A DNA stretch of 64,000 nt from a virus (Duplodnaviria > Heunggongvirae > Uroviricota > Caudoviricetes): IMG/VR virus record IMGVR_UViG_3300044712_000123; one strand, given 5' to 3'. The translations under genes and the position numbers were made by a program. Shown here piece after piece: positions 30,231 through 38,635 of the stretch (position 1 is the stretch's first letter; each line of letters starts with the position of its first letter). A model generated the notes under the pieces. It was not told the DNA's origin and searched no databases. It saw nothing but the letters and a program-made list of their open reading frames with translations.

Positions 30231-31247
30231 ATGACTAACCTATTTAAGAAAGCTGCCGTGTTTACTGATATCCACTTTGGATTGAAGTCAAACAGTTTGC
30301 AGCACAATCAAGACTGTGCCAATTTCGTAGATTGGTTCATTGAAAAGGCAAAGAAAGAAGGTTGCGAGACCTGCTTCTTCTTGGGCGATTGGAATCACCA
30401 TCGTGCAAGTATTAACATTCACACATTGCAATTTGGTTTGCAAGCATTGGAGAAACTGAGTGCTTCATTCGATACTGTCTACTTTATCCCTGGTAACCAC
30501 GACTTGTACTATCGTGACCGCCGCGATATACATTCTATTGAGTGGGGGAAACATCTACCGAACGTCAAGATCATTAACGACTTTTTTCAAGAAGGGGAAG
30601 TTGTAATCGCACCTTGGCTTGTGCAAGAAGATTATAAGAAGCTACAAAAGATGAAGGGCAAGTATCTGTTCGGTCATTTTGAGTTGCCCAACTTCTTCAT
30701 GAATGCTATGGTTGAAATGCCAGATCACGGTGAACTAAACACAGAACATGTGAATGGATTCGAAAAAGTATTCAGTGGTCACTTTCACAAGCGACAAGCT
30801 AAGAAAAACGTTTGGTATATCGGTAATGCTTTCCCGCATAACTATGCCGATGCAGGTGATGATGCACGTGGTATGATGATTCTTGAATGGGATAAAGATC
30901 CAGAGTTCTTTAGCTGGCCTCGACAACCAATCTATCGTGTTCACAAACTGTCAGAGATTTTAGAAAACCCAGAAGGGATGCTTTTGATCGACAGTCATGT
31001 TAGAGTACATCTTGACATTGATATTTCATATGAGGAAGCTAACTTCATTCGTGAGACATTGATTCCAGAACACAAGCTACGTGAAATGGCATTGATTCCC
31101 ATGAAGGGTGAAGCTATCGAACAAGGTCAGAACAGTGATGGACTCAAGTTCGAATCAGTTGACCAAATCATCATTGACCAAATCAATGCCATCGAATCTA
31201 ATTCGTTCGATAAGAAAATTTTATTGGACATCTACAACAATCTATGA
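30231..31247 (+). CDS. gp47: Recombination endonuclease subunit (gp47 / SbcD / Mre11-like metallophosphoesterase)
   Basis: DIHFG, LGDWNH, PGNHD, GHFE and SGHFH motifs; start moved from 30210 to ATG 30231 because the promoter overlaps the longer start. Confidence 0.92.
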   Translation: MTNLFKKAAVFTDIHFGLKSNSLQHNQDCANFVDWFIEKAKKEGCETCFFLGDWNHHRASINIHTLQFGLQALEKLSASFDTVYFIPGNHDLYYRDRRDIHSIEWGKHLPNVKIINDFFQEGEVVIAPWLVQEDYKKLQKMKGKYLFGHFELPNFFMNAMVEMPDHGELNTEHVNGFEKVFSGHFHKRQAKKNVWYIGNAFPHNYADAGDDARGMMILEWDKDPEFFSWPRQPIYRVHKLSEILENPEGMLLIDSHVRVHLDIDISYEEANFIRETLIPEHKLREMALIPMKGEAIEQGQNSDGLKFESVDQIIIDQINAIESNSFDKKILLDIYNNL

Positions 31248-33316
31248 TAACTTTACAGAATATTACCCTACGCAACTTTCTATCTATCGGAGCAGTAACA
31301 CAAGCAGTTGACTTTGACAAGAAAGACCTAACACTCATCTTAGGTGAGAACATGGACTTAGGTGGTGATGGTGCTAGAAACGGTACCGGAAAGACCACGT
31401 TGATTCAGGGCTTGAGCTATGCATTGTTTGGTGTGCCCATTAACGACATTCGTAAAGATAACTTAGTCAATCGTACAAACGGTAAGGGTATGATGGTTAC
31501 GTTGACGTTCAACGTCAACGGTACTAACTATAAGATTGAACGCGGTCGTAAGCCAAACGTTCTCAAGTTCTATGTTAACGATGAACAACAAAAGGCAACA
31601 GAAGATCAACAGGGTGAGAACAAAGAAACACAAGCTGCCATTGAGCGTGTGATTAACATGTCACCTGAAATGTTCCGTCACATTGTTGTATTGAACACCT
31701 ACAGTCAACCATTCCTCGCATTGAAGAACAACGAACAGCGTGAAATCATCGAACAGTTGTTGGGTATTACATTGCTTTCTGAGAAGGCAGATGTTGTCAA
31801 AGACATGATTCGCACTAGCAAAGATGAAATACAAAGCGAAGAATTCAGAGTCAAGGCTGTTGAAGAAGCAAACAAGCGTGTCAAGGAACAAATCGATAGC
31901 TTGAAACGTAGACAGAAATTGTGGTGGACCAAGCATGACGAAGATTTGTCTAGTCTTGCACTCCAATATGATGAACTACTAAAGATTGACATAGACCGTG
32001 AACTACTAGCTCACAAAGAACTAGTAATCTACAACGAAAAGAAGAAGCAAAAAGATGCGTTTGATGCATTAGTGGCTCGTTCCACTGCATGGCAACAGAA
32101 ACATGACAAGGATGTGCAAGCCGCAGGTAAGGCTTACCTGGATAAGAATTTCTTCAACATTGAGCCTGAACTACTTGCATGGGCAAGTTTGAAAGAATGG
32201 CTCAAGGACGAAACAGAACAAAAGCATATCGCCACTGTCATCGATACCCAAACCAAAAGTATCAGTAAAGAAAAAAAATTAATTTCTAAGCTAGAAACGG
32301 AAATTGGGTCACTAGAAGATCACAAGTGTTATGCCTGTGGTCAAGAGTTCCATGACGAACAGCATGACAAAGTTCTTACAGCAAAGCGTAATGACTTGGC
32401 TACTGCAAAAGAACATCTAGCAGAGTACGAAAAGAATCTAGCTATCAATCAAGCGTTGGTTAAAGACATTGGTACTAAGCCAAAGACTCACTATCCAACA
32501 GAAGCTGATGCGATTCGTCACAGTAGCGATCTTGCCAACTTGAAGAAAATCTGGGAAGATAAGCAAAATGAAAATAACCCCTTTGATGGACAACTTACTG
32601 AGACTCCTAGCATCGTTCTTGGCAAATGCCCAACTACTCATTACGATACCGAAGCCGAGGCAGTCGAGCATAGAACACAACTATCATCGCTACTATCACA
32701 AATTGAGACAAAAGCGCAGGAAGCTGATCCGTATCAAGAACAAGTTTCTGACATGGAGACTCAAGCACTTCAAGAGATAAATTTTGATCGCATCAATGAG
32801 TTGACAAAAGCAATGGAACACCAAAAGTTCTTGCTTGACTTGTTGACTAGTAAAGATAGTTTCGTTCGCAAGAAGATCATTGACCAAAACTTGAGTTACT
32901 TGAATCAACGTTTGACTCACTATTTGGACAAGATTGGTCTACCGCACAATGTCGTTTTCAAGAACGACTTGCAAGTTGAAATTACTGAGTTGGGTCGTGA
33001 ACTTGACTTTGATAACTTGAGTCGTGGTGAACGTAATCGTTTGATCTTGGGCTTGAGTTTCGCATTCCGTGATGTTTGGGAGAACTTGTATGCACCGATC
33101 AACACATTGTTCATCGATGAATTGATTGACTCAGGTCTTGACACAATGGGTGTTGAGAACAGTCTAGCAATTCTAAAAGATATGAGTCGCCGTCGTCATA
33201 AGTCGATCTGGCTTGTTTCACACAGAGAAGAACTAGCAGGTAGAGTACCTAACGTTCTCAAAGTTGTGAAAGAAAACGGATTTACTAGCTACAACACAGC
33301 TACTGACGTAGAATAA
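31244..33316 (+). CDS. gp46: Recombination ATPase subunit (gp46 / SbcC / Rad50-like)
   Basis: Walker A GARNGTGKTT, Zn-hook CYAC, signature LSRGE, Walker B LFIDELID, H-loop VSH; ATGA overlap with gp47. Confidence 0.93.
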   Translation: MITLQNITLRNFLSIGAVTQAVDFDKKDLTLILGENMDLGGDGARNGTGKTTLIQGLSYALFGVPINDIRKDNLVNRTNGKGMMVTLTFNVNGTNYKIERGRKPNVLKFYVNDEQQKATEDQQGENKETQAAIERVINMSPEMFRHIVVLNTYSQPFLALKNNEQREIIEQLLGITLLSEKADVVKDMIRTSKDEIQSEEFRVKAVEEANKRVKEQIDSLKRRQKLWWTKHDEDLSSLALQYDELLKIDIDRELLAHKELVIYNEKKKQKDAFDALVARSTAWQQKHDKDVQAAGKAYLDKNFFNIEPELLAWASLKEWLKDETEQKHIATVIDTQTKSISKEKKLISKLETEIGSLEDHKCYACGQEFHDEQHDKVLTAKRNDLATAKEHLAEYEKNLAINQALVKDIGTKPKTHYPTEADAIRHSSDLANLKKIWEDKQNENNPFDGQLTETPSIVLGKCPTTHYDTEAEAVEHRTQLSSLLSQIETKAQEADPYQEQVSDMETQALQEINFDRINELTKAMEHQKFLLDLLTSKDSFVRKKIIDQNLSYLNQRLTHYLDKIGLPHNVVFKNDLQVEITELGRELDFDNLSRGERNRLILGLSFAFRDVWENLYAPINTLFIDELIDSGLDTMGVENSLAILKDMSRRRHKSIWLVSHREELAGRVPNVLKVVKENGFTSYNTATDVE

Positions 33317-33336
33317 TTTACGCTAGATTCTACTGT

Positions 33337-33344
33337 GATAAGTA
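33337..33344 (+). promoter_or_regulatory. Late-type promoter GATAAGTA, 5 nt before resolvase ATG
   Basis: Motif followed by AGAGT and ATG at 33350. Confidence 0.55.
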
Positions 33345-33349
33345 AGAGT

Positions 33350-33913
33350 ATGACAAGTCCACAGAAAGCAAAAGGCTCAGGTTTCGAGCGAGAAATCGCA
33401 AAATATCTTTCAGATAAGTACGGTGAATCATTCATTCGTGCTCCTGGATCCGGTGCTTATGTGGGTGGGAAGAATCAATCACGTACAGAATTCTTGCACG
33501 AAGGTCAAATTCGTTCTTTCAAGGGCGACATTGTACCCGGTCAAAGTTTCAGTAAAATGAACATTGAATGCAAATTCTATGCTGACTTCCCATTTCATCT
33601 ATTACTTACAGGGGACTGTAAAGTAATCGATACTTGGATCGACCAACTCATGGACGTAGCAGATCCTGGCGATATTAATCTTCTGTTTATGAAGTTTAAT
33701 CGCAAGGGTCGCTATGTTTGCGTACAAAGCAAATTTACATGGTTGGCTGACAACTTTGTGTATTACACATCAAAAAAGCACGGTGACTGGACAATCTTCG
33801 AGTTCGACAGTTTCTTTGCATCAAACACTGAATTACTTAAAACATATTCAACATCAATAGACACCACGTCAAAACAATCATCTGATAACCCCATTTTAAC
33901 AATTAACATCTAA
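33350..33913 (+). CDS. Holliday-junction resolvase-like PD-(D/E)xK nuclease
   Basis: KAKGSGFEREIAKYL...RAPGSGA...GDIV...IECKFY is an Hjc-type nuclease pattern; follows gp46. Confidence 0.75.
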   Translation: MTSPQKAKGSGFEREIAKYLSDKYGESFIRAPGSGAYVGGKNQSRTEFLHEGQIRSFKGDIVPGQSFSKMNIECKFYADFPFHLLLTGDCKVIDTWIDQLMDVADPGDINLLFMKFNRKGRYVCVQSKFTWLADNFVYYTSKKHGDWTIFEFDSFFASNTELLKTYSTSIDTTSKQSSDNPILTINI

Positions 33914-33930
33914 AGTTTGAAAAATTCGTT

Positions 33931-34290
33931 GGCTCCGTTGGGAGTCCTCCTTGAGACTGTACAGATCGTGCTGTGCCGTTAGATTCTGGAGTATATATGT
34001 TAGCAATAACATAGGAATACCGAGAGGGCAATCGGCAAAGCGAACCCTCAACAAGCTCACACTTATTTCATTTTTGCGGTGTGAGATGTGCGTTGCGAAG
34101 GCGTCAATTGAAATAGCATTGATAGACCTAACTACAGCCTCATTATACTTTACAGAGCAACCGGTAGCGGATCATGTCACAAAGACGGCAATGATTCGGA
34201 GGAAAAATGACTATGGATGACGGGCATGGCAAATGTACCCTTAACCAAAGGTAGTGCTGAACAGCACTACCATGGCTTCAAAGCGGCAAT
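33931..34290 (+). ncRNA. Candidate large structured non-coding RNA (family not recognised)
   Basis: About 9 local stems: 33931-33946, 33959-33976, 33996-34013 (GCAA loop), 34024-34049, 34056-34085, 34104-34122, 34168-34198, 34222-34240 and 34250-34271. G-U pairs favour the plus strand. Long-range complements are 33952-33961/34133-34142 and CCTCC 33946-33950/GGAGG 34198-34202. GC is ~44% by hand count over 33961-34260, higher than the other spacers. Confidence 0.7.
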
Positions 34291-34350
34291 ACGTATTCTT
34301 CTCCTTTAATAGTAAAAGAGAATAGTTAGAATAAATTAACCGTAAAAATA

Positions 34351-34392
34351 AAGAACGAACGAAGTGAGTTCTTAGATGAACGAAGTTCATCT
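34351..34392 (+). other. Twin hairpins with C-GAA-G triloops
   Basis: AAGAAC-GA-AC-GAA-GT-GA-GTTCTT (34351-34373, tandem GA/GA mismatch) directly followed by AGATGAAC-GAA-GTTCATCT (34374-34392), in AT-rich flanks. Confidence 0.7.
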
Positions 34393-34441
34393 TTAAAAGA
34401 GATACTAGAATAGATAACTCTAAACCTCTTATGACAAATGA

Positions 34442-34464
34442 ATAGGTACATCCAGTGTACCTAT
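34442..34464. terminator. Inverted repeat between convergent units, possible terminator or processing hairpin
   Basis: ATAGGTACA-tccag-TGTACCTAT, 9-bp perfect stem just past the stop at 34470; no clear U-tract. Confidence 0.4.
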
Positions 34465-34469
34465 ATCCA

Positions 34470-34706
34470 TTAGAAGAATGGCAATTGAGATTTCTTAGTA
34501 ATGTCTAGGTTCTCCTCAACAATACTTGCTATGGCTTCTCGCTCTTGGGGAGACATATTGAGTATGTCTTCATAGGAAGCTCCCCCTCGCATGTACCAAG
34601 AAAATTTCAGTGCGTTCTTTTTGATAGTATTGGCTTCTTCATCCATACTATCAATTAGCTTCTGTATCTGCTCAGGGGCTAGAGTGAGAAGCCTTAATCG
34701 AAAAAA
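34470..34706 (-). CDS. Unannotated small tail/baseplate-assembly ORF (gp51/gpT-like), probably reached by -1 frameshift; own ATG at 34646 gives 58 aa
   Basis: The -1 frame is open from the slippery site: FFRLRLLTLAPEQIQKLIDSMDEEANTIKKNALKFSWYMRGGASYEDILNMSPQEREAIASIVEENLDITKKSQLPFF*. The W-Y...S-Y-E-D-I-L-N-M-S-P-x-E-R pattern resembles gpT/gp51 chaperone tails. Confidence 0.75.
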   Translation of the reverse strand, partial: FFRLRLLTLAPEQIQKLIDSMDEEANTIKKNALKFSWYMRGGASYEDILNMSPQEREAIASIVEENLDITKKSQLPFF

Positions 34707-35518
34707 TCTGAAACGTTCAATGCAAGTGACTGCTCATAGTCATGACTACAATTAACACACTTGATTTTCATTGGTTTGATATTTGCACCTTCACGTAGTT
34801 TAATAACTTGGTCTCGAATCGCCGAGAATGTGTTTCTATCACAACCATGTAAAAATTCCGAAATGTACTCTTTGTTGTCTACGATTGTATTTGGTAGTTT
34901 GATACTTTCGATGGTATTAACTACAATCTCGATGTTCATCTCTGTCAACTTTTTCATTGTAGCAGCCGACTGCTTTGCTCTAGCATCATCATCTTCTATT
35001 AGCTGGATGTTATTGATTTCTCGTTTAATCTCAAATTGTGCTAGGTTACCATTGTTTACATCACGATATGAAAGTGGTCTGAACTTTATTTCTAAATCTC
35101 GGATTTTCATGACATTCTCGTAACCCTCTGCTTTGATATCACTCAACAGACTAACTAAGTTTACACCGTACTTACCAGATTCTTCACATTTTGGGCAGAA
35201 TGAATCGATTTCTAGATCATTGCCGTTTGTAGCTGCTCTGATGGCAATTAACAACGTGTCTACGTCAACTGACGGCAACACCCAAGGATCTTTGATTGAT
35301 GGAACACAGCTTTTGATAATTTCAATTACTGCATTACCGTTAAACAACGCATCAGGGGTCTTCGCTGTAATTTCATCAATGGCCGTCATTGGGTATACTG
35401 GTAACTCACCGTTATCCGGCATTTCAAGAGTACCCTCAGGGTAATACTTGCCTTTGCTAGGAAGTGTGATATACAATGCTGGTCTACGGAAATATTGTCT
35501 TAGTGGGTTATTGCTCAT
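34694..35518 (-). CDS. Baseplate hub / tail assembly chaperone (T4 gp26-like)
   Basis: NPLRQYFRRP..YITLPSKG, PMTAIDEI, DVDTLLIAIRAAT, two CxxC pairs (CPKC, CVNC), ends SDFFD; adjacent to the tape measure gene. Confidence 0.75.
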   Translation of the reverse strand: MSNNPLRQYFRRPALYITLPSKGKYYPEGTLEMPDNGELPVYPMTAIDEITAKTPDALFNGNAVIEIIKSCVPSIKDPWVLPSVDVDTLLIAIRAATNGNDLEIDSFCPKCEESGKYGVNLVSLLSDIKAEGYENVMKIRDLEIKFRPLSYRDVNNGNLAQFEIKREINNIQLIEDDDARAKQSAATMKKLTEMNIEIVVNTIESIKLPNTIVDNKEYISEFLHGCDRNTFSAIRDQVIKLREGANIKPMKIKCVNCSHDYEQSLALNVSDFFD

Positions 35519-35550
35519 GAGTTTGTCCTTAATTCTTGCAATTTAGAAAC

Positions 35551-35575
35551 GCTAAATACAAGTAAACTATTTATT
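35551..35575. promoter_or_regulatory. Face-to-face late-type promoters: GCTAAATA (plus, 35551-35558) and AATAAATA (minus, 35568-35575)
   Basis: Both motifs lie in the 66-nt gap between the divergent chaperone and tape measure genes. Confidence 0.5.
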
Positions 35576-35584
35576 GGCAGAAAT

Positions 35585-38500
35585 ATGGACGAAAATAATA
35601 ACCAGGAAATGCAGGAAACGCTAAGACAGCTTAAAGAGGGCTTCGACACGTTGACGAGCACCCTCACCGGCGTTACGGAAGGTCTCAAAAAGTCTGCTGA
35701 ACAGACCGGGAAAGCTAACGAACGTCAAGAAAAAGCTGATGTTGAAAGATTTGGTTATACCAAAGATAGTACTGGAAAACTAAAGACTCTTGCCGACCAA
35801 CGTAATGAGATTGAAGCTCAATACGCAGCACAGGTTAAGAAGGCACTTGGTGAAGAAGCAGGTAACGCTAAGTTACGCCATGATCTGATTACCAAAGAAC
35901 TGGGTGATTTAGCTAAATTAGTTGATGCTAACGGTAAGTTAAATGAATCTGCTATTAAACTACGTGCAGAACAAACAACTTCGACTGAGTTATTAAAGAA
36001 ACAAATCCAAACACAGCTTGATCTTCAAAAAGTTGAGGTTGAAAAACAAAACCTACAAAAGAAAGAAGTACAAGACCTCGTTAAAAAAGAAGCCGCTGAG
36101 AAGAAACAATCTGATCGTCAGAAAAAGTCGTTAGATGACTTTGAAAAGATGGTTAAATCTCCGGGTTCTACGTTTGACGATATTAGTCAAAAGAATCAAT
36201 CACTAAGTGATATTTCTGGAAACTTAACTAATAGCCTGTTAAAGATGAATGAAGGTAGTATCGGTGTAACTATCGGACTACGCTTGTTGGGTGCTACTGC
36301 TGATCTTGCAGGCGCTGCTCTTAAAGGAGTAACTGCTGGGTTTACTACAATGGCTAAGTCAATCTATGACGGTGAGCGTGGTATGAAAGTTGGAGCTAAA
36401 GGGGTTACTGCTTTTACTGAAGAACTTAACAAAGGAGTTCAATCATTTGGTAGTTTCTTAGTTGGTATTGGTTCAGCTTCGGTTGCATTATCCATCCTTG
36501 CAGCTCCCTTCACAGGTGGACTCTCGTTGTTAGGTTTAGGGTTAGGGGCCGCAGCAATTGCATTGGGTACTACAGCTAAAGTTGCAGGAGATTTTGCTGT
36601 CACATTAGCAAAATTAAACGAGCTAGCAGCAGAACAGAACGATAAGTTATATGAGTCGTTCCAAGAGTTAGGTAAAGCGTCAATGACCGGCGCCGGTGGC
36701 ATGACAGAGTTATATAAAAACTTACAAAATGCCAACATGACTGTTAAAGAATTTGATAAGTTCAGAGGCATACTACAGTCAGCGGGCAAAGACATGAAAA
36801 TGTTTGGTATTACTGCCGCGGAAGGTATCAAGACATTTGCTGAAACAACAGGAACATTAGTTAAGTCTAGTTTGGGTAGAACCTTTGAATTGATGGGTAT
36901 TAGCCAAGCAGAACAAGCAGCACATGCTGAGAAGTATATGGCTCAGCAGACTAGATTTGGATTAATGCAAGGCAAAACCATCAATGACTTGGCAAAAGGC
37001 GCAGGTAAGTACATTGAAGAACTAGACAAATTAGCAACATTGACTGGTGCTACTAGACAAGAACAAGAAGAAGCACGTAATGCTGTAATGGCAATTGAAG
37101 AACTACGTGCAGCAATGATTGACGCAGAACGTCAAGGTGATACTGCAAGACTAGAAGAATTAAAGCGAGCCGCAGATATGGCTGAACAGCTACAGGCTGC
37201 AGGTTTAAGTCGTCAAGCTACTGGTACCGCACAATATTTTGCTGCAGGTAAAGCAGTCATAAGTCAAGAATCAGTTGAAGCACTTCAAACTTTATCCGGA
37301 ACATTTGAAAAGATTGAAAAGAACATAGGTACTAATGCAACACGTACTGTCGATGCTGCCAAAGAAGTATACGAGCAGGCCGGCAAGTACGCTAGTGTTC
37401 GTAAGATTGGTGGAACCACTGAGGGACTATACGGTGACTCTTATGGTAAAACAGCCGATTTCTATAAGAGAGTAAGTCCGGAAGCAATTGCCCAAGCAGA
37501 AGCTGCCGCCAAAAAAGAAGGTAAGACATTTGATCTTGATGCTTTCCTATTAGAACAACGTAGGGCTACTGATAAGAGAACCACTGAGCAAGTTGATCTA
37601 ACTCGTGACCAACAACAGTTAGCTCTTAAAATGGATCAAATTGCATTCAAGTATACTGATGCTGCAGGGGTAAACAAACTAGCGGCAGATAAATTTAAGG
37701 AAGCAGTTGACGAACTAGAGAATTTTCTTAATGGTAAAAAAGGCACCGCATCAGCTCCTCCGGCTAGAGCTCCATCTGTTGGTGCTCCAATGGCTAGTAC
37801 TGGTGGCGGAGCAGCAACCGGTAACGTTAACATGTCTCGTCAAGGAAAACGAGGTGCTGCCCCGGCAGAATCTGCAGGTGGCGGTAGAGGTTCTGTAAAT
37901 CCAAAATCTGTTGGAAGCACTGGAACACTATCATCAGCAGAACTAACATTTGATGATATTGTCAAGTTTACTGGAGGAACAGGAAGTAGAGATCATTTTG
38001 CAAAACTTGATCCTTCTGTTTCAGATGCATTTCAGCAAATGGCTAAAGAATACTATGATGCCACTGGTGAAAAACTACAAATTAATAGTTCCTTTAGAAG
38101 TATAGAAGAACAAGCAAACGTGAACTCAGGTGGCAATCCAAAAGCTGCGCCCGGTAAGAGTAAACATAATGTAGGTAGAGCATTAGATTTGAATAGTTTT
38201 GACGTTCAAATGCTACAGAAGTTAGACTTGTTGTCCAAATACGGTTTTAACACTATCCCTAACGACCCACCTCACATTGAAATGGGTGCTAGAACAGGAG
38301 GATTGTTTGATGGTCCTTCATCGGGATATAAAGTAGAGTTGCATGGTAGAGAAGCAGTTGTGCCCCTACCAAATCCAAATTCAATTATTAATGTAGAAGA
38401 TACTGCTGTTAGTAAAAAATCTTTAGCTTCCGTGACTCCATCGGCTGCTCAACAGACAGGATCATCACCTGCGAACACTGATGACTTATCAAATATTTTT

Positions 38501-38605
38501 GCAACCATGATGGCAATGATGGAAGACAAGTTCGATTCATTAATCAACAAGATGGGTGATAGTAACGATATACAGGACAGAATATTAAAGAATTCAATGG
38601 CCTAA
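35585..38605 (+). CDS. Tape measure protein with C-terminal M15-family (VanY/LAS-type) peptidase domain
   Basis: Long helical Ala/Lys/Glu-rich body with a hydrophobic segment (LSILAAPFTGGLSLLGLGLGAAAIAL); C-terminal INSSFRSIEEQ...AAPGKSKHNVGRALD...NDPPHIE fits the M15 SxH...D and H zinc ligands. Confidence 0.8.
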   Translation: MDENNNQEMQETLRQLKEGFDTLTSTLTGVTEGLKKSAEQTGKANERQEKADVERFGYTKDSTGKLKTLADQRNEIEAQYAAQVKKALGEEAGNAKLRHDLITKELGDLAKLVDANGKLNESAIKLRAEQTTSTELLKKQIQTQLDLQKVEVEKQNLQKKEVQDLVKKEAAEKKQSDRQKKSLDDFEKMVKSPGSTFDDISQKNQSLSDISGNLTNSLLKMNEGSIGVTIGLRLLGATADLAGAALKGVTAGFTTMAKSIYDGERGMKVGAKGVTAFTEELNKGVQSFGSFLVGIGSASVALSILAAPFTGGLSLLGLGLGAAAIALGTTAKVAGDFAVTLAKLNELAAEQNDKLYESFQELGKASMTGAGGMTELYKNLQNANMTVKEFDKFRGILQSAGKDMKMFGITAAEGIKTFAETTGTLVKSSLGRTFELMGISQAEQAAHAEKYMAQQTRFGLMQGKTINDLAKGAGKYIEELDKLATLTGATRQEQEEARNAVMAIEELRAAMIDAERQGDTARLEELKRAADMAEQLQAAGLSRQATGTAQYFAAGKAVISQESVEALQTLSGTFEKIEKNIGTNATRTVDAAKEVYEQAGKYASVRKIGGTTEGLYGDSYGKTADFYKRVSPEAIAQAEAAAKKEGKTFDLDAFLLEQRRATDKRTTEQVDLTRDQQQLALKMDQIAFKYTDAAGVNKLAADKFKEAVDELENFLNGKKGTASAPPARAPSVGAPMASTGGGAATGNVNMSRQGKRGAAPAESAGGGRGSVNPKSVGSTGTLSSAELTFDDIVKFTGGTGSRDHFAKLDPSVSDAFQQMAKEYYDATGEKLQINSSFRSIEEQANVNSGGNPKAAPGKSKHNVGRALDLNSFDVQMLQKLDLLSKYGFNTIPNDPPHIEMGARTGGLFDGPSSGYKVELHGREAVVPLPNPNSIINVEDTAVSKKSLASVTPSAAQQTGSSPANTDDLSNIFATMMAMMEDKFDSLINKMGDSNDIQDRILKNSMA

Positions 38606-38606
38606 C

Positions 38607-38614
38607 ACTAAATA
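38607..38614 (+). promoter_or_regulatory. Late-type promoter ACTAAATA upstream of portal
   Basis: Motif in the intergenic gap. Confidence 0.55.
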
Positions 38615-38635
38615 GTAAAAGAACACAATCCCCAT

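Noticed and set aside
33951-34220. 89 aa plus-strand ORF in the track
   Set aside because: Non-ATG start, protein-unlike composition, and it lies entirely within the densely base-paired candidate RNA
33931-34290. RNase P, tmRNA or group I/II intron identity for the structured region
   Set aside because: Only fragmentary resemblances (GAGGAAAA, GAGACT). There is no GAGGAAAGUCC, no tRNA-like ends, no ordered P/Q/R/S set or domain V, and no interrupted gene. An Rfam search is still needed.
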